This document shows positions 1-12,012 of a DNA stretch of 64,000 nucleotides, piece after piece; positions within the stretch are counted from its first letter, which is position 1; every line of letters begins with the position of its first letter. Below the pieces are notes generated by a model that worked only from the letters and a program-made list of their open reading frames with translations, had not been told where the DNA came from and did no database searches. The position numbers and the translations under genes are program-made. Source of the stretch: Corallochytrium limacisporum Hawaii. Lineage: Eukaryota; Protista; Pluriformea. The stretch covers positions 186,001 to 250,000 of the forward strand of contig PDIP01000035.1 of the NCBI GenBank assembly GCA_002811645.1, written 5' to 3'.

Positions 1-449
1 AGAAGGGTTATGGAGGCGACCCAATGGTCAATGAGATTATGTGGCAGGGTGAATAGCCGGGCCCAAATCCGTCCACAATTCTTTGTTTGCCCCTCCGGTG
101 CCTCATCTATATATTCAGTACTTTCACTATCCTGGTTGACGTTGGACCGAGCACCACCCTCATTTCGTGTCACCACTTGCTGGTTGACTCACACAAAGAC
201 TGATCCCCTAAAACCCCTTAAATTACTATTTCATTCAATTTCGTTTGAAGCATCAATATGATACTCTCTGGGCCGACTCGACCCAACCTCGACTGTATCG
301 AGCTGGTCACCGAAACAGAGTCGATCATCCCCGTCCCTGCGAGTACAGAGCAAGATGATCACCCATTCTTTACAGTCGTGGCAGGGCCAGCGCTCATACA
401 TCAGGCAATTTTGGCCAAGCCTGATGCGGGCGATTGCGCATCGACCGGA

Positions 450-2300
450 ATCTAGAGGATCGACTTGGCCTCTGTCGAATTAGGTACCATGTCGTGGGCC
501 CCATGTTCTCGAGATTCCATGGATAGGGCAAGAGACGTCACTATCCATAGTCCTCGTACGATGTCAGGTAGGAATTTACAACTCTGAGGAAATGGCAACT
601 GTACTCGATGGGGTTTTAATGCTCCGGGAAGCATCAGCAATGAGGATTGGGTCATTCGCAGAGGTCTATGCATTCCCATTTGGCAGATAGAGCACCATGT
701 GGGGATGACAGAGAGCATTCTCAGCCCAGCTGCATGCCGCGCTGGACTTCTGCCTTGGCCTGTGTGTCGTCATGTTGCCAATCCCCTTGCCATCCCCAAG
801 GCGCCATGCGTGGCAAAGTCTTTCTCCTATTGCACCTCCCCCACTTGCGAACAGATTTGCGGAACGGGGTGCGTAAACAAAGCTCTCCCATTTGCACCCT
901 CACAAACCATCACCTTTTGTGGATTTTGTGCTTTCCAGTGTCAGTGAGTGGCAGTAGCGAATGGATTGGTTTCCAAGGCCACTGTATCTTTCCCAATGAA
1001 GTGGCAGAGCCTATCTGCAGATTCTGCCATTGCGTTGCAACAAATGAACGGCTGTCTGTTTTAGAAGTCTTTGACGTGGAAGAGGACAGAATCCGCAGGG
1101 CCGCAGGAGTCCGTATCCCGCCCTTTCCGCGCCACCCTGTGGCGAGGCTTGCCAACACAGGGGAGGGGCAGAAAGTCATAATTGCCACGAAGCTTGTAAC
1201 CATTGAGTATGATCCAAATACTAGTATCTCTTGCTGGGGACTCGGCCCCGTGCAAGTGTGTTATAGGTGCTGCATTACATTGGCGAGAGCATGCTATACC
1301 CCACAAATAAAACAATAGGTACATCCGTTGAGATGATGGCTCGCTCACTGTGGGTCAATCCAATTTCTTCCACCAGGTGATTAGTGTTACAGTACATATG
1401 TCCGACTTGCAGTAGCCATTCGCAATATGAAAGTCTTCCTCACCATCCAGCTGCATAAATCTGTTCTTTCATCTTGTAAATTGTCCGTACTCAATCTTGC
1501 CAAGGTGTTATTGCAAGTATCAGCTCCTGCGCCTTCACTTCTCTTGAGCGGCTCAAAAGACACCGAGGATTGGCACACATTGGGATTGCCTTGTGGTGAG
1601 CAGTCAAACCACGACAAGGGCAACTCAGGAACAGCACGAATCACGCCAGTCGGAACTCGTGCAGCTCTCCCCACCCCCTCCTTTGACAGATTGTCAGTGA
1701 AAATTTTCGCTGGTTCGTTCGCACATACCCCACCCTACTTTCCCGTGTCTCTTTGTCTTGAAAACTGAAAAAAAAAGACTGGGAAATAAAAGTTCCCGTT
1801 CCGCAGCCAGATATGTCTCACTATACTTCGCCGTGCCCTTGGTGAGGTAGCCGGCCAGACCAGTGCTAGTTGCTGACGGTCCCAGGCGAGACAGGCCAAT
1901 GCCAATATTCCTGTTATCAGCAAGCCAGTGCTCAGTAACGATTGAGTCAGATCTGCAGAGTCGGGACTTGAGTAGTGAAAGTACCAAATTGAACCTTCCT
2001 TCCGTGGGGGCGCGAGACCAGTGCTCACTTCGCAAAAGTATATCAATGGGGAGGGTCCGCAACGTGCACCCCGATCTGGGGACGGCTGAAGATGAGCATA
2101 CATCTGTAGGTATTGGGAAGAGTAGGCTGCTCGTTCATTCCACTCCTCATGACATACTCGCGTCACCCCTTTCCCTGGATGTTTGGCTTATTCGTGAACC
2201 ACTCCACACCCTTTTGCGGCATACGAGGCCCTTGTTTGCACCCAAAGGCACTTAGCGGGATCTCCTCACAGGGGCTGCGGTCGGAGACGTAGAATCTTCG
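450..2300 (-). pseudogene. Eroded coding-like relic(s), family unassigned
   Basis: Minus-strand frames read as protein-like blocks (ADSVLFHVKDF*NRQPFICCNAMAESADRLCHFIGKDTVALETNPF; RTLPIDILLRSEHW...GLAGYLTKGTAKYSETYLAAERELLF) broken by stops and frame changes; no intact recognisable ORF. Confidence 0.25.
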
Positions 2301-4081
2301 AACCCTCCAAGGCGCGTCTTCGCTGCAACTCATTGGAGTGTGGGCCTACATAATCAGCAAACAACGAAGCAGCAACAATCTCTCTGTGTGTCATACACGA
2401 GCATTGAGGGAGAGGCCGGAGATGAGGTGAGAGGAAATAGATAAGAGATCAACTTGGGGAATTTGTCTCCCACCTTCGACGTAGTCCCTGGGTGCCTGCC
2501 AGCAGCAGTTTACTATCCTGAGACGCATTAAAACACCACATTGTCCCATGCTTTAATGTTCCAAGCTTTTTGTTGGGAGCCGTCGAAAATACATTCACGA
2601 GTAGTGAGTTTAAAACAGAGGACAATGTGTCATGCCCTCACTGTCTATGCTGTCATGTAAGGTCTACGGTTACACCAGAATGTCAACAGAAAAGCTTTAA
2701 CCTCAACCGTTCCAACTTCACCGCCCGCCGAGAAGTTCTCTGCACATGACAGATCACAAACTTCTTGCCGGTGACAAGCGCTTTCGGATATCAATTGAGG
2801 TGTATTGAAGGTGGAGAATTTTTTGGAGTGCTTCGCGAAAAGCCTGACACGGTGCAACTAAGCTTCCTTTTGAGGGAAGAGTCCTCCAGGAATCGATGAG
2901 TCGTTTGCTTAAGTAGCCCATAGTGAAACACCTGGATGGAAAGGTAACCAGTTTTCAACATGGTATACGCAGACCAGTAAAACTTCTAGCGCTCTCCTAT
3001 CTAGGGTTCGCTGATGACAAACCCGGGGCCCACAGGTTGCTCAACAGCGACAGGCCAATTCAGTGCCGAAGGGTTTTGAAAACCTGCTCCTACCTGTGGA
3101 TAACAGAATGCGAATTTAAATTTCCCCAGGCTGTCAGGAAACGTCAATTGTTCATTTGCTACCGCGCTGAGGTTCGTCTCACGGCAATTTGCCGATCCGG
3201 GCTTCCGCCCCGTACCATAACAACACTGGTCACGAACTATTTGCAGACTTTGAAATCCATTTGCAAGATTTGTAAATAGGTGAGCCGCCAAGAAAACTTG
3301 ACTGCTAGGACAAGGGGGAGGGGGTAGTATCGGATGGGAGGGCCACTTTCATTGGGGGTGGTCCACACAGGTGGACTGCCTCTCCGATGGTACCGTTTTC
3401 ATCCTTCCCCCTTCGCGGTTTTCTCCACCCTCGTATTAAATCCCCTCCTGCCCTTCTCCGCTCGGCGAATGAATGAAGGACCGAAGCAATAATGACTTTG
3501 GACAAGTATTAAACTGTTCATTCTTTAGGTATAGTACGGTTGAAGGAAGGAAACGGTGTATCGGGATTGCACCTATTTCACGCTGTAATTGTCAATGGAT
3601 GTGGAAGCGTTCTCTGGGCGGAGACGTTTTTTGAAAGCGAGCTGGGGTGCAATTCACCCTTGTCGAAACTAGACCCTCCCCCACATCCTGGGATGAGCAG
3701 ACAAAAGTTTGGACCCGCAGGTCCACGAGAACATTGGATACTGAATGTACTGTGGAGAATAACGCGAACGGAGGGGAAAAACCGGACACGGATAGCCTGG
3801 GCCAACTTTCCGCTCTTTGCGAACACCTTTTGTGTAAAGAACGCCTGTGCTCTGGGGTGTTACTTTTCCCGACCATGAAACATCGTCTCAGAAATTGTCG
3901 ATATAACCTTAGATAAAAGTGCACCGCTTTCGACCATTGGTGAATAGTCGGCACAGGTACGAAAGACCCCTCTTGTTGAATATGTACATGAGGAATCGTT
4001 TGGTATCAGCCCAAATAATGGCAAAAAGCGACAAGGACTGGCAATAGATTGATCGAAATAAAGCCGACAGGCGATGTAGTT

Positions 4082-5314
4082 ATGAACAGAGACGCCCGAG
4101 AAGCGACAGGCGGGGTCGTTGAGGAGGACAAGTCCTCCGAGGACAAGTCCTCTGACACCAAGAATCTTGCGAGCAGAGAACCTAGTAAGTCGGCAGACAG
4201 TGGCGGCAAGACCATTGACAGTGGCGGCGAAGAGAACTCTTCGACAGATAACAGTCCTGGATCTCCTAAATCACGAGATGTATCAACTGAATCATCAAGA
4301 AGTGCGATCAAGAAGCGTAAGAGAGATGCAGTAGACTCTGACAACAGCAGCAGTTATAAGGACTACACAACGGTCGCTTCGACAAGCGATTCGAATGGAC
4401 AGGGTACAGAGGGCAACAAGACCACGGCCTCAAGTTTAACGAATATTCAAGAGACTGACAAGGCTACTGACCCTGTTGAAAGCGACGATGGACCGCAGCG
4501 TAAACCGCGGAAGAAACACCGTGTCAATTATCGCAAGTCGGCTGTTGCCTTGCTGAAGAGCTGGCTTTTTAATCACATGGAGCATCCTTACCCAACGGAC
4601 GAGGAGAAACTTCAACTGGCTGAACAAACAAACCTTACTGTGTACCAAATTGGTGACTGGTTCATCAATGCTCGCCGGCGCATTCTGAAACCCATGCTGG
4701 CTCAAATGAAGTCCGCGGAGAGGAACCCGAAGGTTTCCTTTGAGGGTGGTGACGCAATGGGCCAACAGATGCGATATCTGGTGAACAGGCCTGACCTGCA
4801 ACAGCCGCAGGATTACACCCCAGCCATACCCCAAGGAATTCCTGTTATTGGGCAAAACATGGTGGGAGTGAACCAGGTTCCACAGTATCCCCCACAAACC
4901 TACATTCAGCAACCCGTTCCTGGGTATATCCACCCACAATTCATGTTCGTGCAAGGTAGGCAAGTCCATGTGGCAGCGTTCCCTCCCAACAACAACATGG
5001 TGAGCCAACCACAAATAGTGCAACAGATGCCTGTACCCCAGCCAACTGTCATTGGAATGCATGTGCCACCGAACAACATGCCGCAAAACCATCAACCTGT
5101 CCATATCCAACAGGGTCAGAGCCCGGGGATCCAGCCAATGCAGCCTGTCCCTGTGCCCATTCCCAACGACCAGTACACACCGGACTACACAGCAATGCCA
5201 CCACAGCAACCTTACGTGCAGATACCCATGCAAGGGTATCCAACAAATCCATCGCAACTTAGCGCAAACTTCCAACAAGCAAATGTGGAATCAAATGATC
5301 GATTCCGTTCATAG
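4082..5314 (+). CDS. TALE-class homeodomain transcription factor (TGIF/MEIS/KNOX-like homeodomain), Q/P-rich C-terminus
   Basis: LKSWLFNHMEHPYPTDEEKLQLAEQTNLTVYQIGDWFINARRRIL has the TALE PYP loop and WFINARRR helix 3; first in-frame ATG is 4082 (ORF track starts at a TTG). Confidence 0.93.
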   Translation: MNRDAREATGGVVEEDKSSEDKSSDTKNLASREPSKSADSGGKTIDSGGEENSSTDNSPGSPKSRDVSTESSRSAIKKRKRDAVDSDNSSSYKDYTTVASTSDSNGQGTEGNKTTASSLTNIQETDKATDPVESDDGPQRKPRKKHRVNYRKSAVALLKSWLFNHMEHPYPTDEEKLQLAEQTNLTVYQIGDWFINARRRILKPMLAQMKSAERNPKVSFEGGDAMGQQMRYLVNRPDLQQPQDYTPAIPQGIPVIGQNMVGVNQVPQYPPQTYIQQPVPGYIHPQFMFVQGRQVHVAAFPPNNNMVSQPQIVQQMPVPQPTVIGMHVPPNNMPQNHQPVHIQQGQSPGIQPMQPVPVPIPNDQYTPDYTAMPPQQPYVQIPMQGYPTNPSQLSANFQQANVESNDRFRS

Positions 5315-5542
5315 TGGCCATCCACTTGGTCTTCCATCTTTGCTCACCTGTCTCACAGTGGACAGTCCCAAGATTATTGGAATAGTGATCTGACTTGGGC
5401 AGAAGCCCGAAAATAGCATAACATGATAATCTACATACATCCGTACTCAGTACTATGAACAATGTGTCCCGTTTCTGCTACCAGTTGGAGAATCTGTTAG
5501 TGGGAATGTACTACATGTATTCACGGAAATGTTGGTTATAGT

Positions 5543-6217
5543 TTACTTGTCTTTCTTGACATATGTCGCGGGGAAGATACCTTCCTGCCCGTTCAACGCT
5601 CCGCGCCACCAGTTTGGACTTGAGTCATCCAGGATCGTAATCTTGTCGCCCTTCTTGAACTGCAATTCGCCCTCTTCCAAAGGATCAAAGTCATACTCTG
5701 CAGTGGCCGTACGCTGATTTGCGGCGGGGGCAGCAGCAGCTGCAGCCTCTGTCTGATTCGGCAAAGGTTCCAAGAGGAACAATTCAGAGTCCTTCGCAAT
5801 GCTAACCGATTGGTGGTGAGCGACAATCTGGTTGATAGACCGATGCTTCTTCGTCCAGACATAGTACTGACCCTGTTCGCGATCCCTAATGATCTTAAAG
5901 TGCTGCACCGCATTCGCAGACCGTACACTAATGCTAAAGTCGCCTAGGAATGCCTCACTGTCCCGAACCAAGAATGAACCGGGCTTTCCTTTCCGCTGAA
6001 GCAGTGACTCACTTGCTACCCGTGAAATCTTACCATGGTACCAAGGGCAAGGGCGCAACTTCAAAAAATTGAAAGGAACAAGCCCCTCTTTGCCATTCAA
6101 TTCAGCCTGCCACCAGTTTGGGTCATTCATGTCTGTGACTTTAAGGATTGCGCCTGCCTTGAAGGGCAGTTCGTCAATGGCATTGGCCTGGAAGTCGTGC
6201 AATGCTTCGGCCTCCAT
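5543..6217 (-). CDS. GRB2: GRB2/Drk SH3-SH2-SH3 adaptor
   Basis: MEAEALHDF...WWQAELNGKEGLVP SH3; WYHGKISR...FLVRDSE SH2; AEYDFDP...WWRG...GIFPATYV SH3; 224 aa. Confidence 0.96.
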   Translation of the reverse strand: MEAEALHDFQANAIDELPFKAGAILKVTDMNDPNWWQAELNGKEGLVPFNFLKLRPCPWYHGKISRVASESLLQRKGKPGSFLVRDSEAFLGDFSISVRSANAVQHFKIIRDREQGQYYVWTKKHRSINQIVAHHQSVSIAKDSELFLLEPLPNQTEAAAAAAPAANQRTATAEYDFDPLEEGELQFKKGDKITILDDSSPNWWRGALNGQEGIFPATYVKKDK

Positions 6218-8176
6218 TCTGTACTGTGTTAGGTCTCCCTGGCTTGTGCCCTGTCAATACCGCTTTCTAATATCCACGCGGTTCTCTCTAGTGGAATAAG
6301 AGAACAAAAAAAGACCCGAACTATTGCTGACGCTAAAATAGAATACCACGTCGTGTATATACGCTGTGCTATCGGGCCTAGTGATGTATACTTTTACAAG
6401 CTTCAGTCATACTATAACATGAAGATTTTATGTTTTCGCGGCTTTGATCGAATAATATACCTAACTCGGCAGCGACTGCGCGAGCATCTTTTGGTCTCAA
6501 TTAAAACACTCCTATCTCTTTCACAATGAGAACTCTGTGCCCTCGACACCTACACGTGACGTTGATCAGTCGCCCACTTGATCGAGTGTCGAGCACTTCA
6601 CAGAGTTTCCAAGCAAAACCCCACTGTTGCACCCACACCACCAGCGACATGTATCGGTCGTTCGTGAAAATCAAGAAAAAGCAACGAGCAGCCTCTGCCA
6701 TATATGACGCCGTTGGTGGACTGCAGTCTGGGTTGTGTTTTGACCTTTGCTGCACGGCAGATTTGGACACGCCTCGCCGGGAAAAAATTTCCAAGCGCAG
6801 GAGACAATGGCGAGGGGGTACCATGCTTGAGGCTCTGCCCTTGAGAGCGCATAAAGTGAACGGTGGTGTCCAGTTCATTGAGTATGGCCAGTCGTTGTTT
6901 TTCCCTGTGCCGGCGTAAGCCAACCCACAAAAATAACAAAAGGCACCCAGACTATTGGCCAGCACACCATAGCTGGACCTTCCCGGGGTTTCTCAACGGC
7001 CCACTCAGTAGGGCTGGGGGAACTGGATCCTTGCACCGGGGGATTTTTGCATTTCAGAGGACCGCTGTTGTGCTACGGGTGATCGACCGGGCCCAAACAT
7101 GACAATATCTCGGGGCCGTACTTGTTTCCCAAACAGCCAATGGCTGCTGCAATTGATATCATTGTCAACTTTAGGTCTACAATAATGTCATCCATCCGCC
7201 CGCGTACATAAATAGTGCAGGAACAACCTATTTTTTATACTCCAAGACAGTTCATACTGATTTCTTCTTCTCTTGCCCTTGGCGGGAAAATTGGGCAAAA
7301 GCTCACCCGTTTTGGGCAAGTGTAAATATCAATCAATATTTGACGTGTTGTGTTCGTTGGTCAGCTGGCTGCTGGTACAATTGATCATTGATCGGTCAGC
7401 AAAGGGGAGTAAGTGGGGTTGTGATTGTCTCCAGAATCCACACAGCGAACGCAAACAATAAAGAAAATATTCATCACGGAAAAGTAGATTTGGTCTGCCT
7501 TATGTGACACAGCCTCTCCACCATTCGCTTGATTCTACCCTTCTCTTTCCTTTGAAAGAGCCGAACAACGCCCGATTGGGCTGCACACACAGCAGCGACG
7601 TGGGAAAGAGAGGAATTGAGCTATTCAGCAATTTGGCCAACTCGCGGCAAGATTAAGACCGCCCCAATCTCGACCGGCAGTTCGTTCACCGCCTTCATTG
7701 GTGCAGAATGTTAGCCATCTGTCCGCGCAAGCGCCCTGCGTTGTCGCTCGTGCGCCGCCCCAAGTCTGCTGTCCGGGCTGTTTGGCCGGCTCACAGTCGT
7801 CCTTTCTAGCCCGACATCTCTAGTGTTCAATTTAGTGATATATGCCTACAGATGTGTCGCTCCGGCCCTATTCATTTTTGGTCCCAAACTACGCAGCCTT
7901 GCTGAAGGGTTCAGAAGAGTGACCGTTTGGACCGTCACCCGCTGACTGCACATAAGCGGGTTGCGCGAGTTTTTACGTTGTTGCGTGTGAGTCGCTTTAC
8001 GTGTGGTCGTGACGCGTGCGTACTATTTAAGCATTCTCAATCCTTGAATTCCTTCACTTCAGGTCATAAACAGGACTTAGTGGAAACAGTCCACCAACAA
8101 CGACAATGAGATAAAGAACTATTTGAATTACTGGGCGGGACGTTGCGTCTCAAAATTGAACAGAATAAATGAGAGG

Positions 8177-8461
8177 ATGCCCAGAAAATGGACAATAGTG
8201 CTCTCGCGAATGCTCTTTGGTGTGAGCGGCAAGACATATACACGGGAAGAGGTATCCACGCACTGTACAGCCGATTCCTGTTGGTTAGTTGTCGACGACG
8301 AAGTATTTGATGTCACGAGCTTCGTCGGCGAGCATCCTGCAGGCTCAAATGCCATTCTGAGGCATGCGGGAACCGATGCAACAGAGGACTATGGGTTCCA
8401 CTCGTCGGGTGCTCGAAAGCATTGGGACAAGTTCTTAATAGGTCACCTTGAGGATTATTAA
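8177..8461 (+). CDS. Small soluble cytochrome b5-domain protein
   Basis: YTREEVSTHCTADSCWLVVDDEVFDVTSFVGEHPAGSNAILRHAGTDATEDYGFHS with both heme His; start is ATG 8177 or 8210. Confidence 0.9.
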   Translation: MPRKWTIVLSRMLFGVSGKTYTREEVSTHCTADSCWLVVDDEVFDVTSFVGEHPAGSNAILRHAGTDATEDYGFHSSGARKHWDKFLIGHLEDY

Positions 8462-9385
8462 GAAAAGCACACTTTGATCAATTCCGAAAATCACCGCGCA
8501 TACAGGTCTGTTGTATTGGACAGCTCTCATAGGCCAAGGTCGCCTATACTGCAGTCCAGTCGCAGATCCTTATTCGAACACTAGCGTAACCACCAATGCG
8601 ATACGCAGGCGTATCCAGAGCATAGGTTCACAAATTCCCCATTCCAACATATTCGTTCATTGGCATAGTACATACATAGGCATACGAAAAGTGCAGGTTG
8701 AGATGCCTTCAACGAGAAGAAGACTACACGCGCGCAGGGGAGAATCGTGGAGGCCAAGTAGAAACATTTTGCACTTTGATATCAATAATTGTGACCTTGA
8801 AAGAGACTTGCTGCAAGGGAGGAGCGAAAGATGTCAGATGGAAACATTGTCAATGACATCGAGACTGAGAGAACCAGTCACTCCACATGCCCATCGCTTC
8901 CTGACACAGACCAGCTGCTCACGATCGATTGCTTTGGATACTGTTCTTTCGTCATCAATGTCTGCATTCCTACTAGAGTACAGGACAAGACATACCATAG
9001 CGTTCACAGGCAATCAGCGTACAACGTGGGCTCGAAGGTGCTATATAGGGGATCTCCGATTGCAGGGTGTGTGCTTCAAACATTAGGTACCAGGACTCGA
9101 AGGAAGATATATAATCCCTTCTAGATACCGGAATGTAACGTGGACTGACGTGGTGTATAGTCAGAACATCGTTAGTTTGCTAGCTGTATCACCCAACGTT
9201 TGAACTGAGTCCTCATTTTCTTCGTAGCCCCACTGTTTGGCTCTCTTGCCGTAGACCAAACCATGGTGATTAACATAAGTCATGGTTGACAGATTGACAT
9301 AGGTTGTCGGAATTTTAAACTTTTGCAGGTTCCAAAAAGAATTTCCGGACCAAGGGTCCAGAATCATATGCTTACTTATAAACGA

Positions 9386-9988
9386 TTAGGCGTCAGCCTC
9401 AGCCTTGCTCTTGTAAGCCTCAAGCTTGGCATCGAGCTCCTCCTGTGTAGGAGTGGGCTCCTTAGTCTTCTTAGCTTTCGGCTTCGCCTTGGCCTGAGAC
9501 TTCTTCTTGGCCTTGGCTTTGGACTTGGCCTGTGCCTTTGTGGCAGGGGCATCAGTCTGCAGACGGGACTTGAGGTTGCTGGAAGAGCTCTCGATGACCA
9601 CCTGGATCTTGAGCGGCTTTCCGTCAAGCTTCACTCCGTCGTACTTCTTGCGCGCGGCAGAGGCGCCCTTCTTAGAACCAATGACCACAACAGCGCTGCC
9701 ACGTGTCTTTCCCTTGGCATCGTAGTTCAGAGCAGCTTTGCGGACCTTACCAAACTCACCAAATAGATCACGGAGATCCTTTTCAGAGACAGAGGCAGCG
9801 AGACCCTCAACCAAACATTTGGAATCACCGTCAGCGGCAGGGGCTGCAGCAGGAGCAGCCTTGGCCTTAGGCTTTGCCTTAGATTTTTTGGCCTTAGGTT
9901 TTGCTTTTTCCTTGATCTCAGCCTTGCGCTGTTCCTTGCGCTCCTTCACGAGCTCATCAAGGGGCTTATCAGCAGTTGCAGATGCCAT
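9386..9988 (-). CDS. ALYREF: ALYREF/Yra1-like RRM mRNA export adaptor
   Basis: N-terminal DKPLDELVK and C-terminal TQEELDAKLEAY UAP56-binding-type motifs flank an RRM (DLRDLFGEFG...KYDGVKLDGKPLKIQ); ATG in gaaccATG context. Confidence 0.88.
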   Translation of the reverse strand: MASATADKPLDELVKERKEQRKAEIKEKAKPKAKKSKAKPKAKAAPAAAPAADGDSKCLVEGLAASVSEKDLRDLFGEFGKVRKAALNYDAKGKTRGSAVVVIGSKKGASAARKKYDGVKLDGKPLKIQVVIESSSSNLKSRLQTDAPATKAQAKSKAKAKKKSQAKAKPKAKKTKEPTPTQEELDAKLEAYKSKAEADA

Positions 9989-10041
9989 GGTTCTCAAAAC
10001 AGAAATCGAATTTTATAAAAATATCAGTAGGTCTCACCACC

Positions 10042-10085
10042 CTGGAGTTAGCAAAACTAAGTTACAGGCTAAAGTAATCAAATAC
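10042..10085 (-). other. Predicted 44-nt 5'UTR intron of ALYREF
   Basis: Minus strand GAG|GTATTTGATTACTTTAGCCTGTAACTTAGTTTTGCTAACTCCAG|G: AG|GT donor, GCTAAC branch, CAG acceptor. Confidence 0.7.
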
Positions 10086-10744
10086 CTCGATTCAAGTCCA
10101 GCTTTAACGGATGCTACACGTCAACATCAGCCAAAACCATTGTGTGCACCGAAAGGCCAGGTTGACTGCGTTCGTGAACGCACACGACAAGACAAACTAC
10201 TTTCAGACTGCCACCACCTGGCGGCGTCACGGATGTGACCGCTGGAAAGGAACAACAGCCTGGCGCGCAGTGCGGGGGGCCGCCACATTGTGACTAGCCT
10301 ATATGCTTTAGGTACTGAAAAGGAAATATACAAAGAAAAAAAGGAGCCCTCTACAAATGGAAAGGGAGGCCCCAGCGGGGGAGGGGCGGGAGAGGGGTGG
10401 CCGCGTCGCGCTGTGGCAGCCAAATTATTGATTTCCTTGGCGACAACCTTCTGAATGCTCGTGCTGGGGAGAAAAGGGGGAGGGGAAGGTGACTGTGCAG
10501 ATCGGGGGTCTGGATGGTCCACAAACCCGTAGCAGGGGAAAGGAGCGAAAGGTGGAATCCCACTCTACGAGGAACCCAGTTAAGAGCGTCTGTGGATCTC
10601 TAGAAAATGGACGAACGCGTACTTGAGCGATGCAGAATGTTTCATACTGGTTTGATGTAATTAGGTATCCGATCGACATCGAATTTCATGACAGGCAACG
10701 TTGACAAGACAAGAACCTAGCCAGTAGTCTGACACTGCATAGTC

Positions 10745-11200
10745 ATGTTCCGCAAGAAGGCGCCACGGTCAAGCATTATAGGCACATCAGATTCTGCCCT
10801 GAGCTCCAGTATGCGGAGCTTGCAGGGCGAGGAGCTAGCCAGCCTGGCGACCTGGCGTTTCGATCAGCCAATTGAATCAGATGAGGCCACCCTCTTTCCT
10901 CCACTTGAGCTGCACTTGAATGGAAACATCCTGATCTACGAGGGTGGTGAATGGCACACAGAACAGTCTCGGGCCGCAACAGGAGCAAGTGCTGGCGAGA
11001 AGAAGAAATTGGAGGGTGAAATCCGCATGTTGAAGTACGAGAACGAACTGTTGGGGGACATGGTTGCCGTCACCCGGTTGGACTTGGAGGCATCTGAACA
11101 GGAAAAGGAACAGATGAGCCAGGAATACTTTGGAGAACAGACTCAACCTAAGCGGACCAACAAGAAACACCCCAATGAACGGCCAATTGGCCGGCGGTGA
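10745..11200 (+). CDS. CBY1: Chibby-family basal body protein
   Basis: LHLNGNILIYEGGEW and LEGEIRMLKYENELLGDMVA match the Chibby pattern (MNLxGQxLxFENGQW...LEEENNLLRLKVDILLDML); N-terminal FRKKAPR. Confidence 0.8.
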   Translation: MFRKKAPRSSIIGTSDSALSSSMRSLQGEELASLATWRFDQPIESDEATLFPPLELHLNGNILIYEGGEWHTEQSRAATGASAGEKKKLEGEIRMLKYENELLGDMVAVTRLDLEASEQEKEQMSQEYFGEQTQPKRTNKKHPNERPIGRR

Positions 11201-11350
11201 GCAGTCTTAAAGTTTAAATTGAAAGATTTCTTGTATGCATTTGCGAGCATTGGTCCTGTGGGGAACAAACATGCTCCTGATTCTATGTGCCTATGTGTCT
11301 CTATAGGTGTTCTGTTACGATCTTTTATTATATGGATAAAAGGAATCATC

Positions 11351-11965
11351 CTACATGCTTTTTGCAATTGATGCCTTCTTCTGCAGTTCCTGGTAGTCAT
11401 AGTCATCCATGGGAGGAGTGTCCCGGGGGGGACCCGGCAAGGTGGGCTCCGGATCCCATGCGTTCAGCATGTCGTACGAAATAACGGCGTTGAACAACTC
11501 CGGAGAAATTTTCCGCAGTTCTGCCATGGCCCTTATCTTCTCAACTTGAACCCGGTATCGCATCTGCCTTTCAATTTCGGTCTCCTTGTTGCGCAGGCGG
11601 TTCCATTTCTTGATCGCTGTAGCGCGGCGTGTTAATTCTTCCTCCGAAAACTTTCGCTCCTTCGGCGCACCCATGATCTTATGTACTTTTTCGTAACGCA
11701 TTTGGTAGAGTTTTGCTTCATCAGCCACCCGTTGTTCCTCTAGCGCCTTCTGTTGTAACCGATCTAAACCGACACCCTGTTGTTGTTTTCCACCTTTCCT
11801 TACAGCTTTCTTTGTAAGAGATTTTGCGTACATTTCTTCAGCTGATGGTGACGCATACGACCGCGTTTGTGATATAGCTACAATCTGAACAGTGTGCCTA
11901 CTAAGAAGAGCCTTGTTTACTATGTGGGCAGGTACAGTGACCTGCTTTACCAGAGCCCCAATCAT
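11351..11965 (-). CDS. MRPL40: Mitochondrial ribosomal protein mL40
   Basis: RRATAIKKWNRL...AMAELRKISPELFNAVI...GPPRDTPP matches mL40; MIGALVKQV...QTRSYA reads as a mitochondrial presequence, so ATG 11965 is preferred over 12028. Confidence 0.85.
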   Translation of the reverse strand: MIGALVKQVTVPAHIVNKALLSRHTVQIVAISQTRSYASPSAEEMYAKSLTKKAVRKGGKQQQGVGLDRLQQKALEEQRVADEAKLYQMRYEKVHKIMGAPKERKFSEEELTRRATAIKKWNRLRNKETEIERQMRYRVQVEKIRAMAELRKISPELFNAVISYDMLNAWDPEPTLPGPPRDTPPMDDYDYQELQKKASIAKSM

Positions 11966-12012
11966 TGTGAACAGGTTAGGGTTAGATGTCCGTTGTGTGC
12001 TGTGGTTCGGTC

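Noticed and set aside
1858-2027. CRISPR-like repeats (CCAGTGCT three times)
   Set aside because: The core is only 8-13 nt, spacing is irregular (about 65 and 93 nt), the context is eukaryotic and no cas genes are present.
11975-11986. Telomeric repeat (GGTTAGGGTTAG)
   Set aside because: Fewer than two full units, inside the mL40 leader; probably chance.
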